Assembly (NCBI GenBank): GCA_964035545.1
Contig: OZ037766.1
Coordinates: 14,808,722 to 14,872,721, forward strand
Direction: 5' to 3'
Length of the DNA stretch: 64,000 nt
Source: Bugula neritina
Lineage: Eukaryota; Animalia; Bryozoa
Below the pieces are notes generated by a model. It saw nothing but the letters and a program-made list of their open reading frames with translations, made no database searches and was not told the origin of the DNA. Shown piece after piece: positions 12,101-26,149 of this stretch. A program made the position numbers and the translations under genes. Numbering within the stretch: position 1 is the stretch's first letter; every line of letters begins with the position of its first letter.

Positions 12101-14326
12101 CATATACAAGAAGTATATGATGGTATTTTTGTAAAAATTTGAAGCAAAGAGCAAGCACAATGCAAATATACAGTAATACATAGCTCTACATTTACTTTAC
12201 TACAAAGCCAGTGCTCTAATCACTACACCACTGGTTCTTTCTTAATTACTTTGCTGTTGGGGGGAGGTAAATAAAACAAGAAATATCAACACTCGACATC
12301 CAATTACTTTTTTTTCACAATACCATAATTCCAAACTACTCAGTTCAGTGAAGGTCAACAAGGCTGTTATTATACTAGCTGACAACTGGAACTGTAAATC
12401 AAGGAGTGAGTTACACTCATTTAAACAAGTCAAAAGCCAACAACCTTGTTGAGGAAGACTGTATTAATCCTGTCATTTGACTGCTTTTTGTATGGCAGAC
12501 CGAGAGCGTGTGTGAGCTCAGCCTCGTTGCGGTGATCCTCGTCAATATCATCATCATCTTTGGCTGATATGTGAACAGAGACTTTGCCACTCAGTATTAT
12601 AAAGAAACTGTAGTATATAAGAAATGTAGTTTAAGTAGTTATATAATAACAAGGACCTTCTATTGGCAGTTGAAACACTATTGTAATTTTTTATTTTCTG
12701 TAGAAATGTTTATTAAACATGTCTAAGGCTTTGGCTAATTTTTCAAACGCATTTATTTGGAGAGCCTGTAAATTGTAATACACTAACTATTTCAGTTTCC
12801 TACTAGCCCAACACTTTGACAAATCATAGTGTTGTGTTAAAAAGTGGTGCTGACTGCCAATATATAGTAAAATGCATCTGTATTGCATGATAAATTTAAG
12901 ATAAATCCATCAATAAATTCATTGTAGCACTAACACGATCTGTTGTAACTACAGCATATATACTATGATAGAAAGTGGCTATTTCATGTGATGATACCAT
13001 GACATTACTATTATATATTGTAATGTATTATAATACAATATAATACAATATTACACAATTATAACATAACACAGTATGACAATATAACAGCATCACCTGA
13101 TGAAATAAAAATTCTACAATACAAAACCACTTTGCTAATGATTCAACATGATATTACGTAACTTAGTCACATGCATTGTATAATAATGCTAATATATGCA
13201 GGCAAGTTGAATTATTATAGTTTATAGTTTATACCACAGCTCTGTAAGGCAATGTTATAACGGAGAAGCTATCTTATATTGTGAGGTAGTATTGCTATAG
13301 TATATATGGTAATAATCTAATGGTTGCTTAGTGAAAAGAGGAGAGGAATTATAGAAAGCTTTCATAACTAAAACTTATCAATATCCCTCATCAGATTTTG
13401 AAAGAGAAAAATGTACATGCATTTTAAAAAGAAGAAAAACCCCCTTAATTATTTAACTCAAATCATAGTGGGCTTACCAATTTCCTTTTTCGCCTTGTTT
13501 AATGATTACACTATCTTTAGCTCTTCTTATCAGTTTGCAGTTTCTCACAATGTCTGCCACTGCATCTACAACAATTATCAGGCTTATCAGTTATAACTAA
13601 TATGTATTACTATCATAAAAATTGTTGGTTATAAGTTTACTGTTGACTGTTCAAGCTGTTAACTGCAGCATAATCCGGCTAAAAATCTATCTCACTAAAG
13701 ACTAGATGCTGAAATGACTGCATAACAGACGTTCAGGTTATGCTGTTGAAATCAATTAGGTATATTAAATATTTTTAAAGTAAAATACAACTTTTTCCAA
13801 ACCCTATACTTCAAAAAATTTAACCTTTAAAGATGTTAACTACATATTGCTGGTTGAACTTTATCATGATTAAGAAACAGTGAAAAAAGTTTTAAACAGT
13901 ATTAAGTTGAGTTTTATAGAAACTAGAAGTTAATTTCAGGTCTAGTCTATGCAGATTAATGATAAGTTGACAGTACTAATTGATTATTTAGGTAATAAAA
14001 TCAGTGATGAAAAGCTATACTATGACTATAGTTGTCAAGAAGAGCAGATTTACTCTATAAGAAGAAAGTAATCTCATCAACAGCTGATACTTTTCTTGCA
14101 AGATGACCCAATTAACTCCATTCAGCATTGTGCTACTCATGGTATAAAAACTGCATTATAATCAAAAAGATGTTACCCCAGCTGCATAGTCATTACCAGG
14201 CTTAAGTGAATTGAACACTTCTGACTTCTTTCTGAACCAAGGTAAAAGTCTGTTCAGTTCTTCTTCTGTTCTCTGATTCGGTGGTTTGCTAACCATATTC
14301 TCAATCTCTTCCAGTATTGTAGCCAT
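6135..14326 (-). CDS. Cyclic nucleotide-binding domain protein (CNBD1/CNBD2-like), two CNB domains; 3' end uncertain
   Basis: In-phase exons ~14197-14326, 13457-13566, 12445-12608, 11284-11437, 10213-10377, 9526-9672, 8872-8962, 8166-8282, 7601-7878, 6729-6818, 6135-6305. Motifs VIIKQGEKGNCFFIILSGKV, GKSFGELALL..RNATI, VVYQGQPLDCIYFL. Confidence 0.82.
6480..6672. repeat. Minisatellite, ~21-bp unit (CATATTTAGTATACATGCACA) x ~9
   Basis: Visible tandem array inside an intron. Confidence 0.9.
8008..8183 (-). repeat. ~34-bp tandem repeat x5 of an exon end plus splice donor
   Basis: Unit ~ATCTCTAAATATAATAG|GTRAGTCATAGCTGTAG; GT donors at 8165, 8131, 8097, 8060 and 8026. Confidence 0.88.
11578..11784 (+). 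mobile_element. Putative tRNA-derived SINE with 16-bp target-site duplication
   Basis: Degenerate tRNA-like head (A-box-like TGATACAGTAGTTAGAG) and TTTA tail. Flanked by TTTATA(T/C)TATCTTATA at 11562-11577 and 11785-11800. Confidence 0.6.
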
Positions 14327-16769
14327 GTTGGTGTCTATGAAAACAAAAAACTTGGATAACTCTTTGTTTCCATTTCATATGATACTGTTGGTGATCTTGG
14401 AGCTAGAAGAAGATTTTAAATATTATTTTTGTATCAACAACATTTTTTGGCTAATTTCGTTTGATTTCATGCTGCCGAAAGCAAACGAAATGAAAGAATA
14501 GTTTGAAAAATAAAACATGATATTTTCATGTAAAACATATGTCTACTAACTTGTTCTCTTGGTAAACTTTTGTGACCAAATTAAAATAAATATCAACTTA
14601 ACACTAACCTCAAGTTTCTAGTCACTAAAGGGCACTGAAGGATTTACAGTGTCAATTTGCTCCTATCCAAGAGTCCTGTATAGTTATAGTATAACATGAA
14701 TCGTTACCAAATTTCTAAAAGAGCCTTTCTTAGAGTAGCAAACTCTTTAATACACATGCAGCCATAATACTACCGTTGCCTTGCTACATGCTGCTTCAAC
14801 AACACTCTAATAAATAAAAGTAATTTTAATGTTATTGTATACAATTTAGCTTGAAGCTCCTTCAGACAATTCACAATTGAGTGGTTGTGTAATAATTTAT
14901 GCATTAATACGCTGCTGCAATAGACAGCCTGCAGCTGTGTTTGACTGTAGTTGAGTTATCCTACAACAAGAAAAGTAACTAAGGACAAGGGTTTATAACA
15001 TTTTTGATTTAATTAGTTTTATTAAATTTTTAATCAAAGTGTATTTACTACATGTAAATAATAAATGCATTTTGATTAAAAATCTTGCTCAAATTTAGCT
15101 CTATATCTATGCTCTAACAACTTGGCTTGGTGAAAATAAATTATTAATAATCTATATTCGTATATAAAAATTATTTAAAATTTTTTTCGTAATTATTTTA
15201 CTTTTCTAGCTCAAATTTGCCGAAGCATGTTAATATCAGATATGTAGGTGACTCTTTATTAAAAGAGTTGCACAAGTAAGCAATAAAGCAATTATTACTC
15301 AGTACACTTACCCAGTCTCTAAACTGTAATTTCAGCAGACAGAAAATTATTCCCAGTTGGTTACAAAAACAAAGTGATGAGTATAGTCAGCATTATTACA
15401 ACTGCAACTATTATATAGAAGAAAGATAAGAGATAGTATGCCAGGTTTCAATTCCCATAATTGCCAAGTATTGTTACAGTATAAATATATTTCCCTGGTA
15501 CTACTTAGCAGCTACTTAAGCGTTTTGTTTGCTAATATAGTTATATATGTACAGCTGAGGTCAACGTCATCACTAATAACAGCTCATGTCAATCTATCCC
15601 ACTTTATCCATAGATAGCAGTACATCATCCTACTAAATGAATCCCAGTAATTCAATTATAAGAAAATTTATTATTATTGTCATGCAAAGCCTCCATATAA
15701 TTATACCAATATTGAGAAATCAATGAATTGCCATGTCAATACCCTCAGTCTATGAAACATCTTGAGAAATTGCATTTCAGTACTGTGCAATGTACCAATT
15801 GAGAAACGACACATTAAAAGGAAAAATTAAGAAAATCTCATGTTTTAAATTAAAAATGCAGCAAAAGAAGTTATTTTGTCTCGAGAAATTCAACCCTTTT
15901 CCCAAACCAAAAATATGTTGAGGAAATAAAAAAGCTCAAGCTATTAAAATTTATTCATAACTGCACTTAAATGTAGCAGAATGCTTCCAAAGCAAGACTA
16001 CTATTTTAAACTGCGTATGAAAGCACGTATAATGCATGTTTTCTGCAGCTCATAGATTCATTGATGCATATTATCCTTTGAAATAGTTGAAAAAATGTGA
16101 TTTAAAATATGGAATATGGTCACTTCCAGAATATCTTAATGTAGACCTTCACGGCCATAGATGAGCCATAACATGGCCAAAACTCATATGGGCTGCTTAA
16201 CTATTACCATAATGTTTATTTCCTATTACACTGCCTATCTATTGTTACTGCACATCAATACGATCTTCACAGATATAAAAAATACTAGCTGCCAGAAAAT
16301 ACTTTTCAGAACATGGAGTAAGAAATTTTAGATTAGACCAACTCATCAATCAAATGCATCATTTAAATGCATAAATACCCAATTAAATAGGCTTTATGGT
16401 GCCTAGAGATGTGGTATAACAAAAGTTTCCTTTGAGAAGATATAGTATAGTATAGTATAGAATTATGTAATATTTACATTCTGTATCCAAAAGCAAAGCC
16501 TTATGGACCAGTAAGAGTGTCATTGAATAAACTGGACACATTTCACTATATTATTATTATTATTATTGTTTTCAGTAATACAAATTAGCAGCATAAATCA
16601 TTAGCTGAATTAAAGAATTCTATTGAATATCAAGTATGCCTCAACATGCTAGTCATTCCTTCCTTATATGACAATATTTTATTAACTCATGTAAAAATAT
16701 AACAGTAACAAATAGCAATGTATAGTGGACTCATAGATCTATAATAACCAAATCATAGAAAAATACGCT

Positions 16770-19700
16770 TCATTCCCCAGTATAAGTAGGCTTTCGCTTT
16801 TCTTTAAAAGCTGTTAGACCTTCCAGTCTGTCTTTTGTTGGTATTGTCTACAACGATAAGAAATCCTATAGTCTGGATCACATATTAGATGATGACTTAA
16901 AAGCAGCAGCATTAAACTGATTGGGCATCTTTTGCTTTGACTAATGCAAAGCTGCTTCGAATTTCAATACAAGCATATAACGATAAGAGTTGAATCAACC
17001 GAAAATTTATGAGCTTATCTCAAAAGAATACACATAAAAAGTGATAGGACGACTCTCAGACCAATAGAAATGCAACAGAGCATTTTCAATTAAGAGTTGT
17101 GTCAACCATGTTCAGAGTTCAGACATCCACTATTAGAAGCACAATTGAATAAATTTTTCAGAGTTTGACTGTTACATAAAATCCAAACTAACAGAATGTC
17201 AATATTTCAACAAATTTAAAAAAAAATTCTTTATGGGAATCTTTAAAAAATCAACTTGAAAGCATTTATTAGTTTATGAAGTTGCAATAGCAGCAACTAA
17301 GATATAAATTAATGTCACCAACTTAATCGAACAAATGTAATATTTATACTGCAATTTGGCAGTTATAGTCACTAGTCCACTGGTCAATTAATACATAAAT
17401 GTTAAGTATGAGTAATGCAGCACTTGGTGGAAACACTTGCATTATATTTATTAATATAAGAAAGCCCTGGCTAAAAGTCTAGAGTAATGTACAATAATTA
17501 TTAGTATCCATTTTTTTAGATTTTGATTCTACAAAAAAATCATTTTACTTAAAACACTCATCAAGTACAAAAAACAAACTTTTCCAAATTTTTAGTACCA
17601 AGTAGCAACATATCTATTAACACATGTACTAATACCTATTTTAAAATCATACATTTACATGATGACATACCCATAGGTCAATAAGAAAATATTTAGCTGC
17701 TGTAGATGCTATAAGAAATAAACCTATATAATGTTGAGCTGGTGTTTGATTTTCTCACACAAAATTATAAATTTTAGAACAATTGTACCAGTTATGTTCA
17801 AATAGAAGTCTCAATTACTGATGTGCATTTATATTTTTAGTCCTTAGTAATTCTGGTATTTGGCTCTTTATGCTACGAACATGGTATGCTAAGATTTAAT
17901 GCCTATGACCTGCAGTAGGTAGTTATCTCAACTGTCACATATCTACATATATAAACACATTTAATATATGGGGTATGTTGAAAGATAGCCTCATACCAGC
18001 AAAGGCAATGTGGGTAAACCTATAAGCATACAAAAAATTTTATATATAAATTAAAAAGACAAAAGTAGCTGCAGACTAGGTTGTACACACATAAACTATT
18101 TCCAATATCGTAGGTCTCATGTGGGAGCCATTCGTGGCTGATATTTTCAATTATTAAATAAAAGAATGCTTGTCCAATCAACATAAATTTTATGATTCTA
18201 TTAGTATTTTCAAATACTTTTTGTAAAAGTGTGAAACTCTATAAGCCTGTGAAGCATTCACAGCTCTCTGAAAAACAAACACTATAGAAAGTAGTCACTA
18301 GAACCTGTTAATTGTAATTCATGATGTGTTGTATACAGTTCTAGCAAGCATGTACTCCAATTTTTATCAATTAGGAAGACTGTTTAGGACATTAGTACCC
18401 TAAATCTATATGCACTGACAACTTCTGTTTATAGTGCACTTTTGACAATCATGAGAGGTGAACACGAAAGTGAAAACTAAATTATTTTCGCAAATGTTAT
18501 GGGGATAATAATAAGTGTGCAACTACTTAAATATTTATTTCCTGGAAGGATAAATCTACAGCACAGCTAAGATTATCCATAATAGCCAAACTTTGAAATT
18601 TTTTAGGAATGTATATAAGTGTATAATATACAAGATATACGAACATAGTGGGCACAACTCTTAATTAACAATGGAAAAATAGGAGTACGTGAAAAAGGTC
18701 TTTTGACAGCAGCATATTGAAATTTCAAAGAATGCTAGATGCAAGTACTATAAATGTCACTATTTAAAAATGTACTTCATCCCAATCAAAATGGCCAGTA
18801 ATATAATAGTATCAATAGATTTTTAAAACTTCCAGAGAGGAGACAACCCCTTTGTTTATTCTCCGTAACTGTAGGCAAACAAAATGTGTGACATACCATT
18901 GCATAACAGAGCTGTTCTATAGATAGTGCTGTACTTAGATCAACTTCACTCCCTGAATTGATAGCTTGCTTCGCAGCCCTTAAAGCAATAGGCCCCTACA
19001 AAACAGCAGAACCTTTTTTTAGAAGGTAAACTGCATCATATTTTTGAATGACTCATCAGTAGAAACACATGAATACATAGGTAGTATCTTTTACAGCTCA
19101 TACAGATTACAAATGTGATGCAAGATGAACATGATATAAAGTAATAGTCAACACCTGATACCTGGGGTACAATTTCCTGGGCCAACAACAAAGCTCTTTG
19201 GTAAGCAGCATCACCATCCGAATTTTGAGGCACAGAATGATTTACTAATCCCAATCTAGCTGCTTCTTTACCACTTATGGTCCTACCTGCAAATGGTACA
19301 ATAAATTCAATGAAGTAATGTAACGATGAAACTCCAATATCCAGTTAAAGTTATTCATGCAAGAATTTGACAAATTTAGTCATATCATGACAGAATCTGC
19401 AAGAAATCTTCAGATGGCAAGAAGAATGATGTTTTTGCCTTGGAGATGGAGAAAGAATATTTAGGAAGCAGTGAAAGCAAAGTTTCACCACAGGTCACAC
19501 CAATATAAAAATCCCATTCTCAACATGTAAATTTTGAATACATATAATGTATGAGTGTGAGCCTGTTCAATAACACAATGAGTGCTGCTATGACTGACAT
19601 TACCTGTAAATATAAGTTCTTTGGCCAAAGAAGGTCCTACTAATCTAGATATGTTCTGAGTGCCACCTCCTCCAGGTATTATGGCCAACTTTGTCTCTAC

Positions 19701-22700
19701 CAATCCCATTTTGGCATCGTCAGCTATCCACAACATAAAATTAAGTATCAACCTTTGATTTAATAATTAACTATGACAAAAATGTAGTGAGACTCTATTC
19801 AACACTAAGTTAACAACGCTTGTGTATCATTTTTATCCCATTTTGATTACAGCTAATTGAGAACCCATTAAATTTTGAAACTGTACCAAAGTCTTTAAAA
19901 TAATTTAATAATAATATTGTGCTCAGCTTTCAAAGTTCTGTTTACCGGTAAGAAAATAACAAATGTAAATTTCATACAGGCGACACGCATGTCACAAGTG
20001 AGGGACACCTCCATGCCTCCACCAACTGCCACCCCGTCTATTGCACATATAGTAGGCACAGGAAGGTTCTGGAAGGCGCGCAGTGATGCTCTTAAACTCG
20101 ACACAAATGGACCAACTTCGGCTGGGGTCATAGTTGCTCTCTCTTTCAAATCAGCACCTATTAAAATAACTTGGTGCATATAGAAAAATACTAATACACT
20201 TTGGATCAGCCAGCATGGGTTTCTAGATAAACCAATGTATTTTATTGTTGTTTGTGATAATTTATAGTTGCAATAAAGCTTAAGTATTACAAATGATATT
20301 TGCATTTTAAAGTATAAAATAAAAAAAAAACTTATAACTTACGCCTTAACTGAAGCCAATTGATAAGTATGTTGAAAAATCAAACATGTGAAAATATTCC
20401 GTCTAGTGAACTACATTTTCAGCAGAATAAATAAGCAAACATCAGCAAATGAACCAACAAACTGAAAAGCTACGTTCTAAATTAAAACAACTGAGCAACG
20501 ATTATTTGAAACAAATCTGACCTGCAGAAAACATGCCAGGATGCATACTCCTGAGAATAAGAACTCTGATATTAGAGTCAAACTGCACCTTCTTTATAGC
20601 ATCTTCAAACTGCAATTACAATGGTTTCTATATTCAATAACGATAGTTTTAATATCATTAACTTGTGTGTAACAGCAACACAATACACTATGGAATAGAA
20701 CATTGGGCGTGTTTGCAATACTGTGATGACTTTATTTAGAGTGGACATAGCCAACTGCAAAGAAATAGCTTGAAGCAGCACCGAGTTGGTGGTCACTGAT
20801 TGCAGTGGTGGGGGTTTGGAGTTCAGACAACATTCACCGGCTTTCCATGTACCGATCTCCCTGAGATCGATCCATGGAAAGACGTCAAAGATCGATCTCA
20901 GTCGTTCTGAGCTGGTCGGTCTGTAGAGCTCGAACTCAGATCGATCTCAAGGCAATAAGACCATGGAAAGATGAAAGATCGATCCGAGAAGTAGAAAAAT
21001 GACTGCTCGCTACAATGTTGTCTGCTAATAAAAATGATAGCTTATTGATAATTACTAAGCAAAGTATTAAATAATTATGATAGCCACCTTTTCAGATGCC
21101 AAAACTTTGAATTTCAGTACAATGATTAAAAAAACTCAATTATATGCAGTAGAAGGTAAAAAAATGGGAGAATTTAAATTGAATTTAAATGACTACTAAA
21201 ACTTAGTTTCATTAGCTATTTTCTTTGTAATTTTAAGCCCTACAGTCTTGTAAGTTTATTAATAATCTGCAAGACAGCTATTAATTTTATATAAGCTGTC
21301 AAGCTAAAAAATTAAAATTAATTATTTTAAATTGGCCAAATTACCATACACTGAAAGCTTTGCTGCGTATAGTGTATAGCTGGGATTAAACTTTAGACTA
21401 TGACCATCTTGTTTTCAACAGCAGTAGCTTTAATCACTCAAATAGGTAAACAAATTATACTTTTAAAGTATCCTTCACTTAAGAGGAGGCAACTCCGTGA
21501 GATCAATCTGACACTCTCATGGAAAAATGATCGATATGAGCACATTTCTCAGATCAATCTGAGATCGATACATGGAAAGCCCGTGAATGTGTATACAAGC
21601 CGTGCACTCTGTCACCCCCCCTCCTCTCCCCCCCACTCGATGCTGCTTCTAGCGATTATTCAACTGCAATAGCATAAAAGAGGGTATGGCTTTATAAACC
21701 TACTTACTAATGCCAACAAATTCCTGCTAAAAGCATTCCTAGAGTTTGGTCTGTTCAGGCCTATAACAACAGCACCTACAACATTGACACAAGATCTAAT
21801 GAAATTAGAAAGTAACCTTATTTGAATGTTAAAATGCATATAGATAGCTACTTTTACCAAAGCCAAATTTATTGTACTAGAAATATAGCATGGCTGCTGT
21901 CCAAAAACTATATAAAAATATATTCAGTAAAATCAAGAGCTTAAGGAGTTCTGCAAACTTTGGATTCATTTTTATAGCAAATTGGGCCATGATTTGAAAA
22001 AATAACTAGATAACTATTTTATTAATCATTAGGTGATAAAGTCAATAATAACAGCAATAGAGTATAATTTATTGTAAAGTGTTATTATTAGTATAAAAGA
22101 AAAAAGTGTAGAACTCAAGAACAATATATCAATTTACATGTGAATACAGCATCGCTCTAATTTAGCTGAAAATAGAAGAACAGATTATTGGTGGAGTGCA
22201 ACTGAGTATATAATTGACCATGATCAACAACTTCAAACAACTGTCTAAGCCTCAATCAAACTTTTCTTACAGATTTATTTTTTCTATGTGGTAAAAAAAT
22301 GATACAACTTAATTATAACAAGAGTCAAAAATCTAAAACGTGATCCAAGAAATGTATTAGGTACTTTATCATATAGCATGCACCTATATTATATACAACT
22401 TTTTAAATCAACTATCAGGAGAAGCAATGACTAGTTACATTCAGGTAGTATTAAAATATCCAGGAATATATTATTGTCTATCAGTTAAATACAATCTTGA
22501 GTTGAGTTGTGTGTCCGTACTCCGTACCATTTACTTTATAATTTTATAATATATACTTTTAATTAAATCACATCAGAAAAGTTACCTATGACTAACTAAA
22601 GCAACAAAAAAAACTAAAGAAACAAAGCTATATTTGCTGGAAGTTCTAGCTGGCTACATATTTCTCATCAATGATGAGTGCCACAAATTATCTTTTCCAA

Positions 22701-23129
22701 AAGATAACTATTACATCAAAATTTAAACAAAATACACTATAAATTCAATTCAGTTACCATATGTGTACAAATCTAAAGCTGTATTCAAGTTACATTCCAA
22801 ATATTTCTGTGGATTTTAATACTAAATCAATGTAAGTTACCTGTCCTGATTTAAAGTACATGAAAAGGGATAATCTCCATAAAAATATTGTTATATCAAG
22901 TAAAACAAACAGTTAGTCGTAGTTATAACAAATAACAGCATGAAAATGTGCAAAAGCTACCTGTAAGGGCTCCATCTAAGTTCTCAACTACCAATTCTGG
23001 TGCATCTTTCATTGTAGAAGAATGTTTTCTTATGCAAGTACAGCTAACAACCGGTAGTTGTTGCGTTTGTCTACTTCTGAGAAGTGGCCCCACTCTAATC
23101 CGTCTCAGTTTTGAACTAGCAGCAATCAT
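16770..23129 (-). CDS. AUH: Methylglutaconyl-CoA hydratase, mitochondrial (crotonase family), 308 aa, 8 exons
   Basis: Exons 22961-23129, 21708-21775, 20522-20609, 19978-20157, 19604-19723, 19162-19286, 18897-18995, 16770-16847 total 927 nt. Motifs [46 protein letters not shown]; Arg-rich presequence. Confidence 0.93.
20830..21590. mobile_element. Non-autonomous DNA transposon (MITE-like) in an AUH intron
   Basis: ~30-bp terminal inverted repeats ACATTCACCGGCTTTCCATGTACCGATCTC / GAGATCGATACATGGAAAGCCCGTGAATGT, with subterminal GATCGATC and CATGGAAA repeats. Confidence 0.75.
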
Positions 23130-23479
23130 TGTTTTTATTCTATACCTGTGAGCATAATATCATTACAATAATATTAAATCAAGTCTTTAAACTACCACAC
23201 TTAGTTACATACGTGCATACTAATAAAGGAAGTAACTAAAAACAGCAAATCCGATCAACAAAAATGTTTAGTCATCTACACAATTTTGATATTAGTCATA
23301 TAATTTTACTGATTCTAGAAGTAACTGTGTAATTAATAATCACTGAGACTAAGCCATGCTTTTAACGTGACTTGCAATAAATGACCTTTTAAACTCTTAT
23401 AACAATTTAATGCAAGTACAACACTATTACTATAAATTGGTGTTAGTAACGTATCAGTATTGCTATTTCATACTTGATG

Positions 23480-23890
23480 TTATAATACTAGTAGTAGTAG
23501 TAGTAGTAGTAGTACTAGTAGTAGTAGTAGTAGTAAATGTAATAGTAGTAGTAGTAGTAGTGGTAGTGGTAGTGGTAGTGGTAGTGGTAGTAGTAGTAGT
23601 AGTAGTAGTAGTAGTACTAGGTCTAGGACTACTACTACACTAGACCTAGTACTACTACCACTAATGCTAGTGTCATCAGTTAAACTTAATGTTATGACTA
23701 TCATCACCATGGTAAAGTTCCGCAAAACCTTACAGTGGTTTCACCACAACTAATACCATCATTAGTCTTAGAAGACCAGCAGTAGTACTAGTATTAGAGT
23801 AGCAGTAGTAGTAGCAGTAGTAATAGTAATATTAATTATTTTTATTTTATTAGTTGCAGTTACTAGCAGTAGTAGAGTCCTAGTAATAGC
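23480..23890. repeat. (AGT/GGT)n microsatellite and degenerate trinucleotide tract
   Basis: Direct reading; it produces the spurious poly-V and poly-L ORFs. Confidence 0.9.
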
Positions 23891-24449
23891 AGCTGTAATG
23901 GGAATGCATAATAATTATGTGCGAGACTATCGCTAGAAGCAGTAGTTGGGGGTATTTGTATACACGTCGTTGTCCAAACATCAAACTTGAGACCGCAAAC
24001 TATTGCACTCAGTGACTACCAGCTTGGTGCGGCTTTTAACAACTTTGTTTTTCTCTAGCAAGAAATCTTAATCTGAATATGTGAGAGTATGCAATAGCCA
24101 AACGCACCAACGTTTGCAACTAGGTTGTTGTTCTAGTTACATCAGCTAACGCCACCAGCAGATACAACTTTCACTTGTTATATCCGGTTTCCGTAATTCA
24201 AACTCGCACTGATCAACTTCACATCACATCCACAATAATGTGTAAATATAGTATTTATCAGATTATCTACAAGCTAACCTGAGGTGATTGACTAACTGCC
24301 CTACAAGCATTCGGGTTTGCTAAAAGCTTGTACGGCTTGGATATTGGCTATTGAAGTGGTAAAAGTAAAGACTGCATGGGGGACTCTTATTCTCATTATG
24401 ATTATGACTGTCAAGTAACACTAACTGTAAGTGTAAGTCGAACATGATC

Positions 24450-25380
24450 TTTCATGGCGCAGTAGGCAGGACCTCCTCACTAAAGTATCCTATTCACCGT
24501 GAGAGGTTCTAGAAAATGTTACCAGGAGCCAAATGCAGGTTTATTATCTTGTACGGCTACCATGAAATCTTCCCTTGTAACTTTGACTTTGAGATTTTCC
24601 ACTGCAGCGTCAGTATCAAGTTCTACTTCATTGCCTGCCTTGGTGTATCACTATCTGCTCATAGTGGTAAAGCCGGCGACCCCACCAACCCAGCTAACTC
24701 AGCACCAGTAAACTTCTGAGTCTTCTTAGCCAATTTTGGGATGTCAACATCTCCACCAGGTCTCTTATTTTTTTTGAGCTTGGAGGTATGGATATTGAGT
24801 ATTTCTATGCGTCCATGTTCCTCCGGTAGACTCATTTCCATCTGCACTTCTAGACAGCCAGGCTTGAGAAGAGCTTCGTCTATCAAGTCTTTCCTGTTTG
24901 TCATTCCTGTTGAGTTCATCAAATAAAAAGAGTAACTGATTGACCACTGCAGTACTACCGGCTACAGATCCTTGGGTTTTGCATATATGGTGTCTATATG
25001 GTCTATTATAATGATATGCAGTCTGCTCATTGTTCCAATCCTGGCCTGCTCTTCTCCTGCCTCAGCAAACAACTTTCTAATGTTAGCCTCAGATTTATCT
25101 AAAATTTGAGCGCCATTAACTATCTTTGGCTCTCTGGCATTCAACACTTTTCCTATTTGTCTGACTGTCAAAGTCTTTCCAGTTCCGGGTGGTCCAAACA
25201 ATCACATTCCCTTTACATGTTTCATACCAAGCTCCTCTACTTCATCTGGTGGGAACACTCTCAATATGATTGCACTTCGGAACTTAGTGGAAAACTAATT
25301 GTCCAGGCCGAACATACCCATCTTATTGAAGTCCCAGTTTTGTAGTATAGCCTTATCTGTGTTTGTCATGGCTGCAGTCT
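24450..25380 (-). pseudogene. NSF: NSF (vesicle-fusing AAA+ ATPase) partial processed pseudogene, D1 domain
   Basis: Intronless; [94 protein letters not shown]. Contains stops, frameshifts and small deletions. Confidence 0.9.
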
Positions 25381-25486
25381 AGAAGAACAATCCGGAACTA
25401 TCGACCTCAGCTGATACAGAGTTGTATAAGTGTTACTGGTATAATATAAATAATTAATTTTATGTCACGCTCACATTCAGACCATA

Positions 25487-26149
25487 ATGGCAACCAACAC
25501 TGGGTTCACCGACCTCGATAGGTTTTCTAAGTTAGTTTTGAGCTCAGATAATCAGAGTGATGGTTTTAAGAAATGGTTAACAAAGTGCAACCTGCCTGTT
25601 CGATTAGCAACCCTTGAAATGGGTACTGAAACGCTGTCCAATATTACAGTAAATAGATTTAGAGGTGAAGCTAAGTTTCTAGCTCTGCTCAATGCCATTA
25701 GAAATGAGGATATTGATGTGTTACAATCTTTAGGATTTGATCTTGAAAGGAATGGTGATGATGCTCATAATGATGCTTTAAATTTGTTAAAAGGTCACTA
25801 TGAAAAACTAGAAAAGGTTCATGTGGCTTGGGTTAAGGCAGCAACTTTGTCTCAAACATGTGGCGAAGATGAGTTAGATTATTTGCTACGTGTTGAGAAA
25901 CACAGTAGGAATTTATGATTTGTTGAAGAGGCTAATGTAGAGGACCTTCGACAAAGGTTTGCTATTAGTATGGCAGTAGGTGGTTTAGAAGACGAATATC
26001 TTAGAAGACAACTTATGCTTAATGAAAATATCACTTGGACAGCGTTGTCTGATATTTTAAAGACTAGGAATGTTGCTAGAGAATCTGCTGCAATGGTTTC
26101 TGAGGTTAGATCTAGTAGTTCTACTAGAATCAAAAAAGTAAAATTTTGA
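25487..26149 (+). mobile_element. Decayed LTR-retrotransposon gag-like ORF with one in-frame stop (25916-25918)
   Basis: The frame continues past TGA (FVEEANVEDLRQRFAISMAVGGLEDEYLRRQLML..LTW-like). Gag-like motifs LSQTCGEDELDYLLRV and GLEDEYLRRQL; intronless. Confidence 0.7.

Noticed and set aside
13360-13400. CTGATGAG on the minus strand as another hammerhead
   Set aside because: No stem II/III pairing with a correctly placed GAAA and NUH.
23410-23725. Poly-Val and poly-Leu ORFs
   Set aside because: (AGT)n microsatellite.
25916-25918. In-frame TGA in the gag-like ORF as readthrough or selenocysteine
   Set aside because: No SECIS or readthrough context, and the element is truncated; a nonsense mutation is simpler.
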